Made by a program: the position numbers and the translations under genes. Shown here one piece after another: positions 11,714 through 25,720 of a stretch of DNA of 64,000 nt. The stretch comes from Heptranchias perlo. Lineage: Eukaryota. Position 1 is the stretch's first letter. Every line of letters begins with the position of its first letter. The DNA is taken from assembly GCF_035084215.1 (NCBI RefSeq), contig NC_090345.1, positions 33,604,001 to 33,668,000 on the forward strand, in the 5' to 3' direction. Under the pieces are notes generated by a model that had not been told where the DNA came from, ran no database searches, and saw only the letters and a program-made list of their open reading frames with translations.

Positions 11714-12515
11714 AACACTCCCCAATCCCCCTGATCCAAACACCGAATATCACCAACACTCCCCGCTCCCCTCGATCCAAACACCAAATATCACCAACAC
11801 TCCCCGTTCCCCCCAACCCCCCCAATCCAAACACCAAATATCACCAACACTCCCCGTTCCCCCCAACCACCCCAATCCAAACACCGAATATCACCAACAC
11901 TCCCCGCTCCCCTCGATCCAAACACCAAATATCACCAACACTCCCCGTTCCCCCCAACCCCCCCAATCCAAACACCAAATATCACCAACACTCCCCGTTC
12001 CCCCCAACCACCCCAATCCAAACACCAAATATCACCAACACTCCCCGTTCCCCCCAACCACCCCAATCCAAACACCGAATATCACCAACACTCCCCACTC
12101 TCCTCGATCCAAACACCGAATATCACCAACACTCCCCACTCTCCTCGATCCAAACACCGAATATCACCAACACTCCCCGTTCCCCCCACCCCCCCAATCC
12201 AAACACCGAATATCACCAACACTCCCCACTCTCCTCGATCCAAACACCGAATATCACCAACACTCCCCGTTCCCCCCACCCCCCCAATCCAAACACCGAA
12301 TATCACCAACACTCCCCGTTCCCCCCAATCCAAACCCTGAATATCACCAACACTCCCCAATCCAAACCCCGAATATCACCAACACTCCCCAATCCCCCCC
12401 GATTGAAACCCCGAATATCACCAACACTCCCCAATCCCCCCAACCCCCCCCCAATCAAAACACCAAATACCACCAACACTCCTCAATCCCCCTGATCCAA
12501 ACACCAAAGATCCAA
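11714..12515. repeat. Minisatellite, units about 39-50 bp (ccaaacaccgaatatcaccaacactcccc...), right part
   Basis: Continuation of the 7116-7343 array. It explains the 308-aa Pro/His-rich ORF. Confidence 0.92.
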
Positions 12516-14164
12516 ATCGCTCCCCGGCTGCTTTCCCGCTCAACAGGCAGCCAGCCTGTCAATCTGGCTGGCTGACGGGCGCAAAACCTGTTCAAAAAAT
12601 TTTAAAAAGGTCCTACCGTCAAAATTGGCAGGACCTGCAGGAAACCCTTACTTCCGGGTTTCCCGTCCGCAAATCCTCCCCCCATCTCTCTTCCTGCCTC
12701 GGAGTTAATATCCAGCTCCATGATGCTGCAAACTTACAGATTTGTTTGAAGGAGCTTGATAGCCTGATTGCCGTTTCCTCGTTCCATACATTATTACATA
12801 TGTTGTTACATTGAAGAACATAAAGCACAACCACTTACCCTGTATGTAATATACAGAAACTATAGACTCAATAACACAGAGAATATGCACAATTATATTA
12901 CCTTATAAGCATGAACACAAAAACTGAAAAAGTGGACCAGTCACACCAAATAATTATTAGCAAAATTACTACTCAGAAACATTAAAAAACACAGAACTCT
13001 CAGCCCAAAACAGACTGACAGCCAGTCAGCATGCAAACACCTTATTCAACCACTCAATGACAAATCATACAGATATCAGGACACAGGAGCGCATAAAGCG
13101 TAAGCAAAACATGACTTTGAATTTATTATATTCAGCTCTTGACCTGGCAAAACAGCAGAACCATAAATCAGAGGTGCTAATACATAACAAACCTAAAAAC
13201 CCTATTTCTACTTTCCACCCACGTGAAATACAAAAAGAATTCAATAAAAATCAATGCATTAGCTTTACAATTCTGCAGGTTGCAACAGGAGTTATCTATA
13301 ACTACATCACAAACCCATTAGTAACAAAGAGGGTAACAAAAAGTTTATATGCTAGGTAATTCCAGGGAAGAAAATCCACAACCTTCCAGCACATTATAAC
13401 TTAAGATGAAAATAAATAAATCACTAACTTTTCTTCCTTTAACAAAGACAAAAATTAACAGGAGAAAACCCCAAAAATCAGATATTCTTGTCTTGTTTAA
13501 AGAGGTATTCCACAGTACACCAAACCCTTAGGATTGCCAGCAACAAAACAGGGAACTTCTAAACTACAGGCCCAGACTCCAGGCCTCGTCTACATGACCA
13601 ACATTACAAGAATTAATGCAAATTATTAATAGCAATTGATTATGCCTAATGTCCTTCTGCAAGTGTCAGCTATGTTTCCACATTCATTCATATTATTTCA
13701 ACTATTGTCAGTTATCCAGTGTATAAAACAGTGCATCATAAAGTTCCTGATGTGATAAGAAATGTATACAACTAATGTCCTCTGTTGGACAAACTTCTGC
13801 AGGATATGTGGTTGATTTTATGCAAAGAAAATGGGACATGGACCATATTTATGTTCAGTACATTGTTAACACTTTTCTTCTCCATCTTTATCCACATATT
13901 TTCTTTCCGCCTCTCCTTCTCTCCTGGAAGCCTTGACTCCTTGCTGACCTCTTTTCCAGGATATAAAAGACTCAGCTAAGTCAACTCTGTTTGAATCAAA
14001 GACAGCTGGGGAATCATATAATAAAGTCAGATTGAAATCCCAGAGAAGCAACCAGTTTGAAATTTCTAGAAGAAAGGAAAAATATCTGCCAAGGCTCATC
14101 TCAGTCCTTAGAATTACAAACTTCTTATTATTTTGTCTACTTGAAGAGTTATGTGAAAGGTTTT

Positions 14165-15850
14165 ACATAGAATGTACAGCACAGAAACAGGCCATTCAGC
14201 CCAACTGGCCCGTGCTGGTGTTTATGCTCCACATGAACCTCCTCCCTCTTTACTTCATCTAACCCCATCAGCATATCCTTCTATTCCTTTCTCCCTCATG
14301 TGTTTATCTAGCTTCTCCTTAAATGCATCCATGCTAGTCGCCTCAACTATTCCTTGTTGTAGCGAGTTCCACATTCTAACCACTCCCTGGGTAAAGAAGT
14401 TTCTCCTGAAGTCCCTATTGGATTTATTAGTGACTATCTTATATTTATGGCCCCTAGTTCTGGTCTCCTCCATGTGTGGAAACATCTTCTCCATGTCTAC
14501 CCTATCAAACCATTTCATAATCTTAAAGACCTCTATCAGGTCACCACTCAGTCTTCTCTTTTCTAGAGAAAAGAGCCCCAGCATGCTCAATCTTTCCTAA
14601 TAGGTATAACTTCTCAGTTTTGGTATCATCTTAGTAAATCTTTTTTGGACCTTCTCTAGTGCCTCTATATACTTTTTCAAATATGGAGACCAAAACTGTC
14701 TACAGTACTCCAAGTGTGGTCTAACCAAGGTCCTATGCAAATTTAATATAACTTCCCTGCTTTTCAATTCTACCCCTCTAGAAATGAACCCCAGTGTTTG
14801 GTTTGCTTTTTTATGGCCTTATTAACTTATGTCGCTACTTTTAGTGATTGGTGTATCTGTACTCCAGATCCCTCTGCTCCTCTCCTCCATTTAGACTCTT
14901 ATTATCCAAGCAGTATGTGGCCCCCTTATTCTTCCTACTGAAATGTAATACCTCACACTTATCTAAATTGAAATTCATTTGCCAATTACACACCCATTCT
15001 GCAAGTTTATTAATGTCTTCCTGTATTTTGTCGCAGTCCTCCTCAGCATTAACTATACCCCCCAATTTGGTGTCATCCACATATTTTGATATTGTTCTTC
15101 CGATTCCCGAGTCCAAATTATTTATGTAAATGATGAGCAACAGTGGTCCCAGCACCGATCCTTGTGGAACACCACTTCCCACCTTTTACCAGTCTGAGTA
15201 ACTACCTTTAACCCCTACTCTTAGTTTTCTGTTTTGTAGCCAGCTTGATATCCATTCTGTTATCTGTCCCCTGACTCGACATGCTCTGACCTTAGTCATG
15301 AGTCTACTATGTGGTACCTTATCGAAGGCCTTTTGAAAATCCAAATATATTACATCTACTACATTACCCTTGTCTACATTTGCTGTTACTTCTTCAAAGA
15401 ACTCAATGAGGTTGGTCAAGCATGACCTTCCCTCTTGAAATCCATGCTGACTATTCTTTATTATATTTTCGGTTTCTAGATTTTTTGAATTGTATGTTTG
15501 AATAAAGATTCCATTATCTTTCCTTCCACCGACATTAAGCTAATTGGTCTATAGTTCCCTGGATTGGTCTATCTCCCTTTTTAAATATAGGAATCACATT
15601 AGCTGTCCGCCAGTCCTCTGGCACTATTCCCTTTTCTAATAAATTTTTCTATATATGTAATAGTGCCTCTGCTATCTCTTCCCTAACTTATTTTAATATG
15701 CACGGATGCAATCCATCCAGACCAGAGGTTTTATCCTCCCTAAGTTTAATTACTTTATCAATTATCTCCCCACTTTCTATCTTAAATGTCTTTCTATCTT
15801 TTTTGATCTCTTCTTATAATGTCATGCCCACCATGTTAGTCTCCTGGTAG
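14165..15850 (-). mobile_element. CR1 LINE, 5'-truncated
   Basis: Encodes TNLIEFFEEVT...YLDFQKAFDKVPH...GVPQGSVLGP...YVDDTK...FFTQGVVRMWNSL, with a 3' UTR. Confidence 0.92.
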
Positions 15851-17019
15851 ATTGTCTACTGTAAATATATAACTATATATTGTGCTTGTTCATCTTTGTA
15901 AAATAAATGTCCTTGGTATTTTAAACTCAAAACGAGGTCTGATGTGATGCTCTATTATCTTCAAGAACCAAAGTGGGATCTTAAGAAGGCATAAATCCAG
16001 TTCTAAAAGCAATTACCAGGCAGGGTTTGCTGTCAGTATCCTGGGCACATCACTGAAAGCTTAACTAAATCTCGAGGCAAGGTTAGACACTCTTGAATGA
16101 AAAGGGAGTTGGGACATCCATGAGAGTGATCTAAGATATGAGAGCTGAATAGGCATAGGTAAGGAGGCATAGGACTCAGATTTCATGAAAATAAGGATGT
16201 TTGATGAACATCACACCTATGTGCAGGCTCTGAAGTAATTCTCCAGGATGCGGCATATGATACAAATCTCAGTTTGTTCCATTGGCCTCTATGCTGCAAC
16301 ATCAGAGAAGCCTTTTCCTCATTGCAGAGATCAGTGGAGAGTGTGGCACCTTCACCAGAGTCTGTGACCATTTCCCTCTCCCCCGCAGCAGCGTCCCATT
16401 ACACATTGGTACTACCTGCTTACTGGAAGCACAGATCCCAGCCCTGGAGGGCAGGCTTGAGAGAGCCTGCATTCCAGCTTTCAGACACTTGGGGCCCAGT
16501 TATAGTAGACACTGTCCTGGGGCTTTCAGGATCTGGTGAGAACCATTAGATTTGCTATCCCACTGATCAATAGACTTCCGGAAGAACCCAATGCCAGTGG
16601 CATAGCTGGGGCCTACTGAAAAAGCTTATAGGAGGTCGTGTCGCATTGGCCAGGCAGTTACACCAGAGATGAAGCCCACAGAAGATCCTTCCCAGCTGTC
16701 CTGCGACAACACCACCTCAGTCCCAAGAACCTCTTGTATGAGAGCAGCAGCAAACCACCTAACCACCAGAATAGGTATTTGAAAAGCAGGTCTCAGCACC
16801 CGGGGAAATACGGTGATATGACGTGAGTTTGATCATTATTATTGTTAAATAACTATGATGTTGCATTTTGATTTGACTTTGCTGCTCGATGAGATCACAA
16901 GCTCTCATGAGGTCCATTAGGGGATGTGTGTCATTATTGTTAATGGGGGACAGAAAGACAGATGTTTATGTATGGAATGATTGGAGTTGGGTAGAATGTT
17001 GGGGCGATGTGATGGAATG

Positions 17020-17690
17020 TTGTTAAGGGTACCACTTTAATCTGAGGAGAATGTTCTACTAATGATCTCTCTATAAATGTCTCTGGCAGCTGACATGAAG
17101 GAGTCCTCTGAGTGCTGCTCAGCTCCAGGTTCCTCAGCATGGGGCCCACCTCCTCCTGCCATTCCATATCCAGTTCTTTCTGAATCAATAGGTTGTGAAG
17201 GACGCAACAAGCAACCACAATGAGAGAGACCTGTTTGGAAGCATACTGCAGTGCCTTTCTTAATTTAGGCAGTGAAATCTTGCCTTCAGAATGCCAGTAG
17301 TCCTCTCCAAAACCAGTCTGATGGATGCATAGGGGTTGTAGTGGCAGTGTTCTGCTGGTGAATTTAGCAATCAAAATGGGGTCATGAGCTATGGAAGCAT
17401 GAGTTATTCCTTGTCTCCCAGAAGCCATCCTGATTTCACAGTCTTCCCTGAATATGGTTGGGAGGCTGGAGTTTCTCATGATGAATATATTGTGACAACT
17501 CCCTGCAAATTTGGCATTTGCATGATTTGTTGTAGCTGGTCCACACTATTTGAATATAAAGGGACTGTAGTCCCTTTCTATTCAGTAAATTCAACGTTTC
17601 CACAATAGGAGACCACAATCCAATGGGGTGTCATCTGTTGCACTCTGGGGAATCCAGAACCGTAATAGAACTGAATAGGCCTTTCATGCT
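17020..17690 (-). mobile_element. Degenerate Harbinger transposase (HARBI1-like DDE core) of an old element
   Basis: Fragments GFPRV, NRKGLQSLYIQIV, GWLLGDK...LMTP and ALQYASKQVSLIVVACCVLHN occur in order, with frameshifts. Confidence 0.75.
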
Positions 17691-17714
17691 GTTGCCTAGG
17701 AGTCATCCCAAAAT

Positions 17715-18468
17715 GGAGATACTAGGACAGATGACCAAAAGCTTGGTCAAAGAGATAGGTTTTGAGGAGCGTCTTAAAGGAGGAGAGTGAGGTAGAGAGG
17801 CAGAGAGGTTTAGGGAGGGAATTCCAGAGCTAAGGGCCTAGGCAGCTGAAGGCACGGCCGCCAATGGTGGAGCGATTAAAATCGGGGATGCGCAAGAGGT
17901 AAAAATTGGAGGAGTGCAGAGATCTCAGAGGGTTATAGGGCTGGAGGAGATTACAGAGATAGGGAGGGGCGAGGTCATGGAGGGATTTGAAAATGAGGAT
18001 GAGAATTTTAAAATCGAGGCGTTGCCAAATGAGGAGCCAATGTAGGTCAGCGAGCACAGGGGTGCTGGGTGAACAGGACTTGGTGCGAGTTAGGATACGG
18101 GCAGCAGTGTTTTGGATGAGCTCAAGCTTACGGAGGGTGGAAGATGGAAGGCCGGCCAGGAGAGCGTTGGAATAATCAAGCCTAGAGGTAACAAAGAGAT
18201 GGATGAGAGTTTCAGCAGCAGATAAGCTGAGGCTGGGGAGGAGACAGGCGATGTTAGGGAGGGGGAAGTAAGCAGCCTTGGTGATGGAGTGGACATGTGG
18301 TTGGAAACTCATCTCAGGGTCAAATGGGCCGGCAAGGTTGCGAACGGTCTGGTTCAGCCTCAGACGATGGCCAGGGAGAGGGATGGAGTCGGTAGCTAGG
18401 AAACGGAGTTTGTGACAGGGACCGAAGATAATAGATTGAGTCTTCCCAATATTTAGTTGGAGGAAATA
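17715..18468 (-). mobile_element. L2-type LINE ORF2 3' fragment
   Basis: LQLNIGKT...RLDYSNALLAGLP...LELIQNTAARIL...LHWL...FKILILIFKSLHDLAPPYL...GGRAFS is the typical L2 C-terminus. Confidence 0.88.
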
Positions 18469-18492
18469 GCAGGTTAACCTCATTCTTCTTTG

Positions 18493-19025
18493 TGTACAGT
18501 GCACAGTTCTGGTCTCCATATTACAAAAAGGATATAGAGGCACTGGAGAAGGTGCAAAAAAGACTTACAAGGATGATACCAGAACTGAAAGATTATAACT
18601 ATCAGGAAAGACTGAACAGGCTGGGGCGCTTTTCTCTAGAAAAGAGAAGGCTGGAGGGTGACCTAATAGAGGTCTTTAAAATTATGAAGGGGTTTGATAA
18701 GGTAGAATTAGAGAAGATATTTCCACTTGTGAGAGAGTCCAAAACTAGGGGTCATAAATATAAGATGGTCACTAATAAATCCAATAAGGAATTCAGCGGA
18801 AACTTCTTTACCCAAAGAGTGGTTAGAATGTAGAACTTGCTACCACATGGAGTAGTTGGGGAAATAGCATAGATACATTTAAGGGGCTGCTATATAAGTA
18901 CATGAAGGAGAAAGGAATAGAAGGTTATGCTGATAGGGTTAGATGAAGTAGGGTGGGAGGTGGCTCGTGTGGAGCATTTGGGCCGAATGCCCTGTTTCCG
19001 TGCTCTAAATTCTATGTAATTCTTT
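18493..19025 (+). mobile_element. CR1 LINE 3' fragment
   Basis: Encodes QFWSPYYKKDIEALEKVQKR...FFTQRVVRM, followed by a 3' UTR. Confidence 0.9.
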
Positions 19026-22000
19026 GATGCTATCTCAATCTTCTTTGCTCCCTTTCGTTCATCTCCCTCTCCTTCATCAAGAAAGCAAAATGGGTTTAAA
19101 TGTGACATCGTCCTTGACTTCTATGCACATGTGGCTGATCTGTAAGCGAAGAACACCGAACATTTACGAGGTCTGTGAATCCCTGAGACGTGATTGCCTG
19201 TATCTATTCTCTAAGAAAATTGAAGTTGCCAAAGAGTGCAACTTGGAGTTTGGATCCCTAGGCCTCTATAGCAGCAGTAAGAGTACCCGTGAGCGATGCT
19301 TCTATTGTCCCCATCACCTGCTCCATAGAATCTTCCACTGCCAATGCCACTAGTGCTCCATGGCAGGTTGCAGTTTAAATTGCCATTTTCCATCGCTTTG
19401 TAGGCTGAGTTCATAGACTTCTCCATACTTGGCCCCAGAGATTAGACATTAAGTCAAATTTAGTTAACAAAGGATTTAAAATCCCCACTGCAGTCAAGGG
19501 CTGGGCTATGTAAATCAAATCCAGATAATCCAGTTTGTGAAATGATAAGCCTTGCATGCCATTTCAACTTGAGACAATGGAAGTCTATTCAGACATTCCA
19601 GTGAGTTTGCTTACCCATTATTTCAGGATGATACCTCTTGCTTACCAAATCAGGCTGAGACAATATGATTCATTAACCCATCCCAGACAGGAGATTGGTG
19701 ATTATACTGGTATGGCTTCTTTCCTTTGAGCTCAGGAAGGAGTGTGTCAAGAGAAGCTTCTACAAGGAGGGAATCCAGTTACCAGTTTAATTGGCAGCTC
19801 TACTGGCTAAGCCCCAAAATTGGAGAGCTGGAAAAGAGACAGGTGTCGAGCTGTTGGTTTCTTGTCCAGACAGGAACACAGAACAGGTAAGCACATGATC
19901 TTGTTCAGTTGAGAAGATCTGCTAAGCGAGAAAGATAGGGAGGGAGCAAGTCCTTATAACATACAGTTGGTCAGGGTTAGAGGAATATTTGCCCAGAAAG
20001 AATGATATTTAGCCCACTAACAGGGAACAGGGCATATTTGTTCATTTCTATGTTATGAGACAGGTTACTGAATTAAGTTGAGGTACGGTGAAATGTATTA
20101 TAAATATTATTCTGTTCATTCACTTACAGTCTGTAAAATAAAGCAACTTGATTGTATCTGCCTTCATCTCACTAAAGTGTTAATCAGTCTGTGTTTTGGA
20201 AGATTAGAGAAGCACACATCATGCCATGTGCAGGACTATAATATCCAGTTCATATAATAAGGGGTTTCATTGTACAGCCCCTTGGGTCATGCTATTGGGC
20301 AGCGAAGGTAAAGTCCTGATTGTGATGGACATGGTATCCACTTACAGGAGAGGCCGATGACATTGAACCTGAGAGAATATCCAGCACTGTAACAATAAGA
20401 CAATGTCAAGTGACATGAAGATTATAGTTCTAGCTGTGAGCTTGGGAGTGCCTCCATCTGCATTATCCTCTATGCTTTCTCTGCCAAGGATAAGATAATG
20501 GATCAATCCTGCAAGTAGAAGAACAGTGTGTATAAATGGAAAGTACATATACAACTGAGAATTTAAGGGAGCAGTGTAGCCTGTCTGACACACAGGATGT
20601 TTTCATTGAATTGGAATCATCATGATAGTTCCTTTCCTACACTTACTGTCTAAGATGGCTTTTTCATTTCTTGGTGTACACACAGTTTTCCAGTAGTTCA
20701 GCATTCTCACTTCCATTCATGTAAATCATTTATCAATCGAACATCCCCTGGCAGCCATCGTCCAGGTGAACTTCCTCATGCTGGTTTTCATGAAGTAGTA
20801 GTTCAGGGAAACAACTTTGATAGGGTTGATTGTCTTTCATATCTATTTATGGCAGGTGAGTGTGATACATATTCACAAGACGGCATTCACTTGCTTGCTG
20901 ATTTCTGTCTGTGGCTTGGGAACCTGGCACATTAGGACGAAGGGACCTCTGCCCCACAGATTCCCTCCATTCCCTAATTCCTTACAGCAGTACATCAAGC
21001 GCCTGGCCATGGAAATGGGACTTCTTGTGAAGTTGATGCACTATTCCAATGAAGTAGTTGTTCAACAAACAGCTGCATTGTGGTAACATGTGTTATTGAA
21101 AGTCGTAAGTGGCTGCTTACGTCTTTAAACAAATATGAACAGGATTATTACAGCTAGTGTCTCATTGTCTGTCCTAGTGTCTGATGTTATAGTGCACACG
21201 GGCTCATGCTGGACAAATAGAGCATTTCGGAGTGTGTTGTATAACGCTGAAACAGCATAAGTAAATCTTAGTTAACTCTTTATTACCGCAAAATGAGTCA
21301 TTTATAGGTTATAATTTCAGATCAGAAGTTAAGTATTGTTACCATGTTCAGCAAATTGTAGCTTCTATTATAAAGTATGCTTGCCAGTAACCTAGGGTGG
21401 GTAGTGCATATTTCAGCTTGCCTTGTTTAACTGTTGAGGAAGATGGATATTTATGTTTATAATTGAGATTGCTAATGGCATGGTGCACCAAACTGATCTG
21501 CAGGAAGATATGTAACCTGGCTGTACTGAGTGATAACCTGCGTATTCCTTGTGTATTATCAACTATTTTTGTCCAACAATCCATTCAGACTTGGTAAGAA
21601 AAACAGGTCAGGTTGTGCCTCGTTGCTCATAAATTAAAATAAACCAAAAAACTTTCCGGAGAGCATTAATTCCCTCCCGAGGGATAAAATGCTCCTAAAC
21701 TAAAGAGCACCTACCTGGAAGCTAGTGCACATGGATCTCTATAACATCATTTATGTTTCTGAGCTGGCCTATTAGCCAGTGACATTGATAAATGCATGAA
21801 GACATTCGAGCACTTAATTATTTAAAGAGTAATTCAAAGAACAGTTTGTCAACTTCACATAAAATGCAAAGTAAAAATAATGAAACAAGAACAAGAAAAT
21901 AAAAGTTAGAGGAAACATTGAGGAAACTCGGGATCAAATTTGCTGCATTAGCAATGAATGATGGAGAATTTCCAGGCTAAGACTATTTGTTTAAGACAGA

Positions 22001-22188
22001 AAATAAAGCATAAACAAAATAAAGTTACAGAATTAAGTAAAGTTAAACAATGCAATGCAGCTAAAAAGGACCATTAAGAAAGGTCAAGGAACAAAAAACA
22101 AGAGGGAGAGACTCAGACAGTACAACAATTTAGCCCACAGGTGCATGATGTTTTGAACTTTCCAGGATGGAATACATCCTTTTTGTTT

Positions 22189-22332
22189 GAGTTAGTTTTT
22201 CCATTAATACTCACCTCCTGCCATGAGGTTGAATAGAACGTATTATGTATTTAGCCCTTAGTATGCCAAAAATGATGCATTCCATCCTGTAATCTGATGG
22301 CAGGAGGTGAGTATAAATGGAAAAGCTAACTC
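22189..22332. repeat. Inverted repeat, probably a MITE (36-bp arms, 34/36 identical)
   Basis: gagttagtttttccattaatactcacctcctgccat (22189-22224) is the reverse complement of 22297-22332. Confidence 0.75.
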
Positions 22333-22461
22333 AGCCTTTGGACATTAACACATCCTGGTCAAGATGCTGTGCTCGCATGCCATCATCGTTCATTTTTTTT
22401 TAAAGTAATTTATCTCCATGTTTTCCTTTCTTTTTTCATACATTAGGCATAACAACAGGAT

Positions 22462-24199
22462 ACAGAATCATAGAAAAGTTACAGGATGGAAGGAGGCTAT
22501 TCGGCCCATCGAGTCCACGTCAGCACTATGCAAGAGCAATCCAGCCAGTCCCACTCCCCTGCCCTATCCCCGTAGCCCTGCAATTTTTTTCCTTTCAAGT
22601 ACTTACACAATTCCCTTTTGAAGATCATAATTGAATCTGCCTTCACCACCCCCTCAGGCAGTGCATTCCAGATCCTAACCACTCGCTGTGTAAAAAAGTT
22701 TTTCCTCATGTCACCTTTGGTTCTTTTGCCATTCACCTTAAATCTATATCCTCTGGTTCTTGACCCTTCTGCCATTGGGAACAGTTTCTCTCTATCTACT
22801 CTGTCTAGACCCTTGATGATTTTGAATACCTCTATCAAATCTCCTCTCAACCTTCTCTGTTGCAAGAAGAACAACCCCAGCTTCTCCAGTCTATCCATAT
22901 AACTAAAATCCCTCATCACTGGAATCATTCTAGTAAATATCTTCTGCACCCTCTCTAAGGCCTTCACATCTTTCCTAAAGTGCGGTGCCCAGAACTGGAC
23001 ACTATACTCCAATAGTGGCCGAACCGGTGTTACATAAAGGTTCATCATGATTTCCATACTTTTGTACTCTATGCCTCTATTTATAAAGCCCAGGATCCCA
23101 TATGCTTTTTTAACTGCTTTCTCAACCTGCCCTGCCACTTTCAACGATTTGTGCAAATATACCCCCAGATCTCTCTGTTCCTGTACTCCTTTTAGAGTTG
23201 TGCCCTCTAGTTTATATTGCTTCTCCTCATTCTTCCTACCGAAATGTATCACCTCGCAATGTTTCTGCGTTAATTTTCATCTGCCACGTGTCCGCCCATG
23301 CCACCAGCCTGTCTATATCCTCTTGAAGTCTATCACTATCCTCCTCACTGTTTACCACTCTTCCAAGTTTTGTGTCATCTGCAAATTTTGAAATTGTGCC
23401 CTGTACACCCAAGTCCAAGTGATTAATATATATCAAGAAAAGCAGTGGTCCCAGCACTGAACTCTGGGGAACACCACTGTACACCTCCCTCCAGTCCGAA
23501 AAACAACCGCTCACCGCTATTCTCTGTTTCCTGTCCCTTAGTCAATTCCGTATCCATGTTGTTACTACCCCTTTTATTCCGCAATCTTGATGATAAGCCT
23601 ACCATGCGGTACTTTATCAAACGCCTTTTAAAAGTTCATATACACCATATCAACTGCATTGCCCTCATCTACCCTCTCTGTTACCTCATCAACAAACTCT
23701 ACCAGGTTAGTTAAACACGATTTGCCTTTACCAAATCTGTGCTGGCTTTCCCTAATCAATCCACACTTGTCCAAGTGACTGTTAATTCTGTCCCGGATTA
23801 TCATTTCTAAAAGTTTCCCCACCACTGAGGTTAAGCTGACTGGCCTATAGTTGCTGAGTTTATTCTTACACCCTTTTTTGAACAAGAATGTAACATTTGC
23901 AATTCTCCAGTCCTCTGGCACCATTCCCGTACCTACGGATGTTTGGAAGATTATGGCCAGTACCTCTGCAATTTCCACCCTCAGCAACCTAGAATGCATC
24001 CCATCTGCACTGGGTGACTTATCTACTTTAAATAACAGCTAGTCTTTCAAGTACCTCTTCTTTATCAATGTTTAGCCCATCCAGTATTTCAACTATATCT
24101 TCCTTTACTGAGACTCTGGCAGCATCTTCTTCCTCGGTAAAGACAGATGCAAAGTACTCATTTAGTTCCTCGGCCATCCCCTCTGCCTCCATGAGCAGA
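22462..24199 (-). mobile_element. CR1 LINE, 5'-truncated
   Basis: Encodes NYRPVSLTSVVGK...GVPQSSVLGP...FADDTK...FFTQRVVRIWNALP. It is the same subfamily as 27717-30650. Confidence 0.93.
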
Positions 24200-25483
24200 G
24201 GGAGGAACTGTTATAAAGATAGAAGTGTCATGAATTTCATCCTGATAGTTGTGGGAACTACAAAAGATCTTGTACTGGACTCAATTCATGTGCCAGGAGT
24301 CCAACAAGTTATGGTTAACTCTTTGTTTAAACTTCTACATACAGAGGACAGAGTTTCTGACAATGTCTGGGAGAGAATTTCACAGGCTGATGAAGTGACG
24401 TGTGAAATTTAATCACTCGTATTCTGTGCAGGTTCCTTGGACCTATACAGAATGTTGTCAAATGCAGCTGCTGTAGCTCATATTTTGTTTTTGACATAAG
24501 TGGAAGTGTGGCAAAAGGGCCAGTAGCTCTCAAGTTCTCACTGCCTAGCCACACCTTTTAATGTCAAAATGGGTAGACTCTGGCACGGAGTTAGCCTGTC
24601 CTTATCCAATTTACTGATCTCCATTGCTTTGGACTGTACTATGGCCAGGAGCAATTGACAGGTTTTCTCAGTATCTGCCAAACAGAATTACAATACAGGC
24701 TTTGCGATCACATAAGTTGCCAATAGTGACAAGCGTTCTAATAAGTTACTATTCCTCCACCAGCTTTTTCATCCTTGTTGCCAAGCCTAGGAGCCAAATA
24801 TTTGTAAATGAAACAACTTGGTATCATTTTAGAATAAAGATGTGTGGCCACATCATACTCAATCTTTTTTGACATATTGACCTGGGACCAGAAATTCTGG
24901 GAGGCCCGCTCTGCCTGCAGAAGTGTCCATGGAGCCCACCTTAGACTCAGTCCCAAACTGTAGGGATGGGTCATTAATATACTTGTGGCAGGCTGCCTGT
25001 GTCTGTAACGGTGCCCACCCTGCTGGAGGCTCAGAAAGTCAGAACTGGCGCACTCCTTATTCTTAACCAGCTCTGCACCTGGATCTGTATCTAATGATGT
25101 AAATAAGCCGGCGGAGGAAATTTGAATGAAATTAGCACATTACCACACAGGAGAATCCAAAATTCTGTCTCAGTGTCCCCAGACCCTGGAAGCTGCTCAA
25201 ATACTGCTAGATACTCATATCCCCTTCCCACCCTGGACTCCCTTCCCTGCCCCCATTCCTGCTACATCAATGTATCTAGTATTACTACTCTTCATAACAC
25301 CCCTGTTTCTCTGAGCCACCAAGAGAAAGGCTAATTAAACTTATCCATAGAGTTAGCCAATGTGTTAGAAATGTTTCCAAAGTTTCCCTGCATTGGTCGG
25401 TATTTCTCACTGGAGCATAGGGCATTACTTTTTTTGCTTCAATTTTTCAACTGCAGCAGAAGTTTTAGCTCTTGTTGACAAAT

Positions 25484-25492
25484 TGTGTGTGT

Positions 25493-25541
<49 letters not shown>

Positions 25542-25546
25542 TGCGT
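25484..25546. repeat. (TG)n(TGCG)n microsatellite
   Basis: Directly visible. Confidence 0.95.
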
Positions 25547-25589
25547 GAGAAAGGTGCATTGGCAGAGTTTTTACCCCTTTCTATACAAC

Positions 25590-25720
25590 TGCAATACCCA
25601 GAGCTTACCTACATTGCAATCAAGACTACACTTCAAAAGTTCTTCCTTGGCTGTGAAATGCTTTAGGACGTCCTGGGGATGTGAAAGGTGCTATATAAAT
25701 GCAAGTTCTTTCTTTCTTTA
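25590..25720 (+). mobile_element. 3' tail of Deu-domain SINE or L2
   Basis: actacacttcaaaag...gtgaaaggtgctatataaatgcaagttctttc matches the tail of the SINE at 39376-39818. Confidence 0.7.

Larger units (their letters stand above)
6087..12718. mobile_element. Non-autonomous Harbinger-type element carrying two minisatellites (outer shell of a nested insertion)
   Basis: Imperfect TIRs gggggtaattttaa / ttaatatccagctc, flanked by 3-bp direct repeats CAT (6084-6086 and 12719-12721). Confidence 0.65.

Noticed and set aside
7116-12515. Repeat array resembling CRISPR direct repeats
   Set aside because: The intervening sequences are repeated low-complexity C-runs rather than unique spacers, the context is eukaryotic, and there are no cas genes.
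11649-12575. 308-aa extensin-like ORF
   Set aside because: It is a translation of the 39-50 bp minisatellite.
19530-20220. Possible solo LTR (AATAAA near a CA end)
   Set aside because: No TSD, second copy or PBS/PPT could be identified.
20987-21083. Possible + strand exon QYIKRLAMEMGLLVKLMHYSNEVVVQQTAALW (armadillo-like)
   Set aside because: It is short, the similarity is weak and there are no partner exons. It would need a homology search.
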